Origin: Microthyrium microscopicum
Taxonomy: Eukaryota
DNA length: 64,000 nucleotides
Assembly (NCBI GenBank): GCA_010405405.1
Contig: MU004239.1
Coordinates: 868,001 to 932,000, forward strand
Reading direction: 5' to 3'
Of this stretch, positions 61,397 through 64,000 are shown one piece after another (the first letter of the stretch is position 1; each line of letters begins with the position of its first letter). Made by a program: the position numbers and the translations under genes. The notes under the pieces are model-generated. The model searched no databases. It worked only from the letters and a program-made list of their open reading frames with translations, and had not been told where the DNA came from.

Positions 61397-63041
61397 ATGA
61401 GCGACAAGCGACCCATCCTTCCGCGCCCACAAGGGGCGTCTAGCAGTGAGCCTTCGCACTTCGGACCTACAGCTAGCACCGGAAAAAGGCCAAGCGAGGG
61501 ATTGAAACGATCAGTTGTTAAAGCAGCCTGCGAGCCCTGTCGAAAGCGGAAAATCAAGGTTCAAACATCACACCCCGCTGAAGAATAAACTCTAACAAAA
61601 AGTCAAGTGCGATGGAGTACGACCTAAATGTGACGCTTGTACCAGAAAAGGTATAGATAGTGACTGCAAATACCCTGTTGAACCTGGCCAAAGTCGGTAC
61701 ACCAATGCCTCCAAGCAAGTCCTCTTGTTTCAGCGCTTCATTGAAGGACTCAACAAGCTAGAGGACAAGACCGTTGGCATGGTCTTAGTGTCAGAACTAT
61801 GTACTGACAAATTTCGTGATCTTGAGAGCGCAGTCTCACGTCTGACAGGACTAGATTCTGAAACTATGAGCCCATTTGAAACCGATGGAATGGATGAACC
61901 CACCGACGCAGAAGACACCCCTGACGACCGACGCTGGTACTCGGCAGACGGATCTGGAGAACGCATGCCCATAGATATGAATGATTTTCATAGCCATGAA
62001 TCTCCCGCACCAGGCAACTGGCAAGACCCGACAGATTCCCTAGGCCAAGCATCATCCACTTTGCCGTATTATATGGCAGATGGTGTCCAGGACGACGAAC
62101 CTTCTTCTCCAGACCTTGGAAAGTACGTGTTTATACCCTGGCTACGAACTAAACACCTACTTCTCTACCGAGATCACGTCCGTTCCCACATTCCGATTCA
62201 ATTTATCCAGATCTCAAATGAAATTGATGATCATGAGTGCAATACACTATACACTGAGTTTATTAAGGCGAAGCAACAATTGCTCGCAAATGGTCACGAC
62301 ATGTCTGAAGTTATTGGATTAGATACTATTAATCCGTCCAAGCTTCTGAGTTCGGAAGATACTCCGGGCAACGGCCCTCAAAGTATATCCCAATGGGCCA
62401 ATGGCATTGTTGGCGAAGTCAGAACCATGTGCATTGCCGAAAAACTAGCAACAATGATCATGATTACCTCTCTAGCAAGAGTAAGAGCCCATCCTGAATC
62501 ATTGATTTTCATGCTGATGCTGACGCCTCAAAGTGGCAAATTCTACCAAACTTGGAACATTACGAAAGCATTCCCAAGTGTATGATACCAACTCCGTGTC
62601 AGGTTGCCATCTCTCACCCAGCCTGGATGGATTATATCCCTTGGTAAGTTTAGTAGAGATGCTTAGTCTACCATCTCAGATGTCTGCCGCTTAGAACCAT
62701 CTAACATTGTCAGGCCCGAAATTCGAGATCACTTCATCAAACTCGCTCCAGATGTTTCTTCTCATACGAACATTGTTTCTCAATTGATGCAGCATACTCA
62801 CCTCAACTGGCCGCATAACCAGCAGGACATGGTACTCATCAATCCATTATCAGGAACCCTCATCATCAGAGAGGACTTTGAAGTCTGGGCGAAAGACATC
62901 AATAATTGGTCCTTGAACAGCACAATTCTTAAACACTTTCCAGCACTCGAACACAAGGCCTGGATCAAAAATCACGATCGCTCTATCAGTCCCGAACAAG
63001 ACATGGATGATTTCCGGGATCTGATAGAAGTTGAAAGCTAG
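61397..63041 (+). CDS. Zn(II)2Cys6 transcription factor with C-terminal DUF3425-like domain, multi-exon
   Basis: AACEPCRKRKIK|CDGVRPKCDAC...C.Y zinc cluster split by an intron. C-terminal PTPCQVAISHPAWMDYIPW|PEIRD...NWP...F..W.KDINNWSL. Confidence 0.88.
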
Positions 63042-63497
63042 CATTCATCCCATTGCGATCGTGAATCAAATGGACCACGAAATGATTCCTTATTCACTAG
63101 AGTGTAGATGCATGGCCGGAGGCATACTGTTAGCGATTAGTGATTTCCATTCTCATGCAAATACAGGCGCAATTGCTAGCAATTTCTGTAGCTTGCTTTT
63201 CAACCTCCTTCTGAGCCTATAACCATGCAGCATCATAAAACTCCGACCGGTTGCAATATGACATCGTTGCCAAAGACCTCTCCGATGCATTAGAACTAAC
63301 ATGCCCACTCTTCATGCAGTGTAATAAACCATCTCTCATGAGTGCTCGGAGAGAGATGCTGTCCTCAATCATTACTATTCGTCGTCCATTCTTTCGATCC
63401 GTACTTCTTGTTTGTGACTCTCACTCGCGCTTCTGGTCCAGTGGTATCAAATTGGAGACTGTAAGAAATGTCCGATGCCACTTGGTGTTGCAAGGCA

Positions 63498-63944
63498 TCA
63501 GTGCATACATCTGCAAAGAGCTCCCCCGATTTTGGGCTCAAGCTCTGTACCATCTCGGGCGATTTTCACCGCCTTGTTACCGTTCCATGGATTACGTAGG
63601 TGTGTAGTCCGCGAAAAGGGCAATCGTTCAAGAGATATCCATTGAAGAGCGAAAGTGTTCATCTCACCGTTCTCAGCATCAGGACCTGGGGCTGTCTCCT
63701 CAGTGTCCGCCTCCCAGAACATCCTTCCATAGCAAAGCTCGTCCACGATGTGTCCCTTTGGAATTGCACCAATTGCAGGCGTGGGGATGGATACGGGAGT
63801 AGTCTTGGCGGTGTCTTGAGCATAAGACGTTAGGGATGGCGTGGGTGGAACCTGGGTCGATGTGATAGCCGATGTCATTTTGGCATAACCAAAGAATTTT
63901 CCTGTCTTATTTGCCGAGAAGATGAGATATACTGCTTCGGAGGA
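63498..63944 (-). CDS. YTH-domain RNA-binding protein (m6A-reader fold), 3' portion; the gene continues beyond the window and its exact 3' end is uncertain
   Basis: VYLIFSANKTGKFFGYAKMTS...F.LQWIS...LPFSRTTHLRNPWNGNKAVKIARDGTELEP.IG..L, with a splice acceptor at ~63945. Confidence 0.88.
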   Translation of the reverse strand, partial: SSEAVYLIFSANKTGKFFGYAKMTSAITSTQVPPTPSLTSYAQDTAKTTPVSIPTPAIGAIPKGHIVDELCYGRMFWEADTEETAPGPDAENGEMNTFALQWISLERLPFSRTTHLRNPWNGNKAVKIARDGTELEPKIGGALCRCMH

Positions 63945-64000
63945 CTAGTAAAGTTAGTCTCTTAACCTCGGGGAAAGAGAAATTAATTTTAGAAGCATGC

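Noticed and set aside
43777..63041. Possible secondary-metabolite cluster (SDR, PLP enzyme, hydrolase, Zn2Cys6 TF)
   Set aside because: No PKS, NRPS, terpene synthase or RiPP precursor is present, and the genes are dispersed among unrelated loci.

Overview
Gene-dense 64 kb segment of a filamentous ascomycete (Pezizomycotina) nuclear chromosome, inferred from short GT-AG introns with CTRAC/CTAAC branch sites and from the gene families present. I can support about 27 protein-coding loci. Conserved housekeeping genes include RFX1, YOP1, GNA1, RIT1, MTC5/SEA3, UBC13, RIX1, a cyclophilin, a Ctr copper transporter, a trans-sulfuration enzyme, a dienelactone hydrolase and a partial YTH-domain gene. 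Accessory-type genes include a secreted pepsin, a small secreted protein, a standalone RNase H, a HET-domain protein, two MFS transporters, an SDR and a Zn2Cys6 transcription factor. There is one ~0.9 kb AT-rich, RIP-like island next to a 5'-truncated membrane-protein gene with an in-frame stop. The most unusual locus is 3644-6583. It is an intact 7-exon GH72 (Gas/Gel) plus X8-like gene that lacks both catalytic Glu motifs and any visible signal peptide, and it has a TM helix and cytoplasmic tail where a GPI signal would be expected. Its six unusually long introns share related internal sequence, mostly a ~19-nt repeat. Exon boundaries were read by eye, and family calls rest on motif recognition without database searches. 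I recognised no tRNA, rRNA or CRISPR features.
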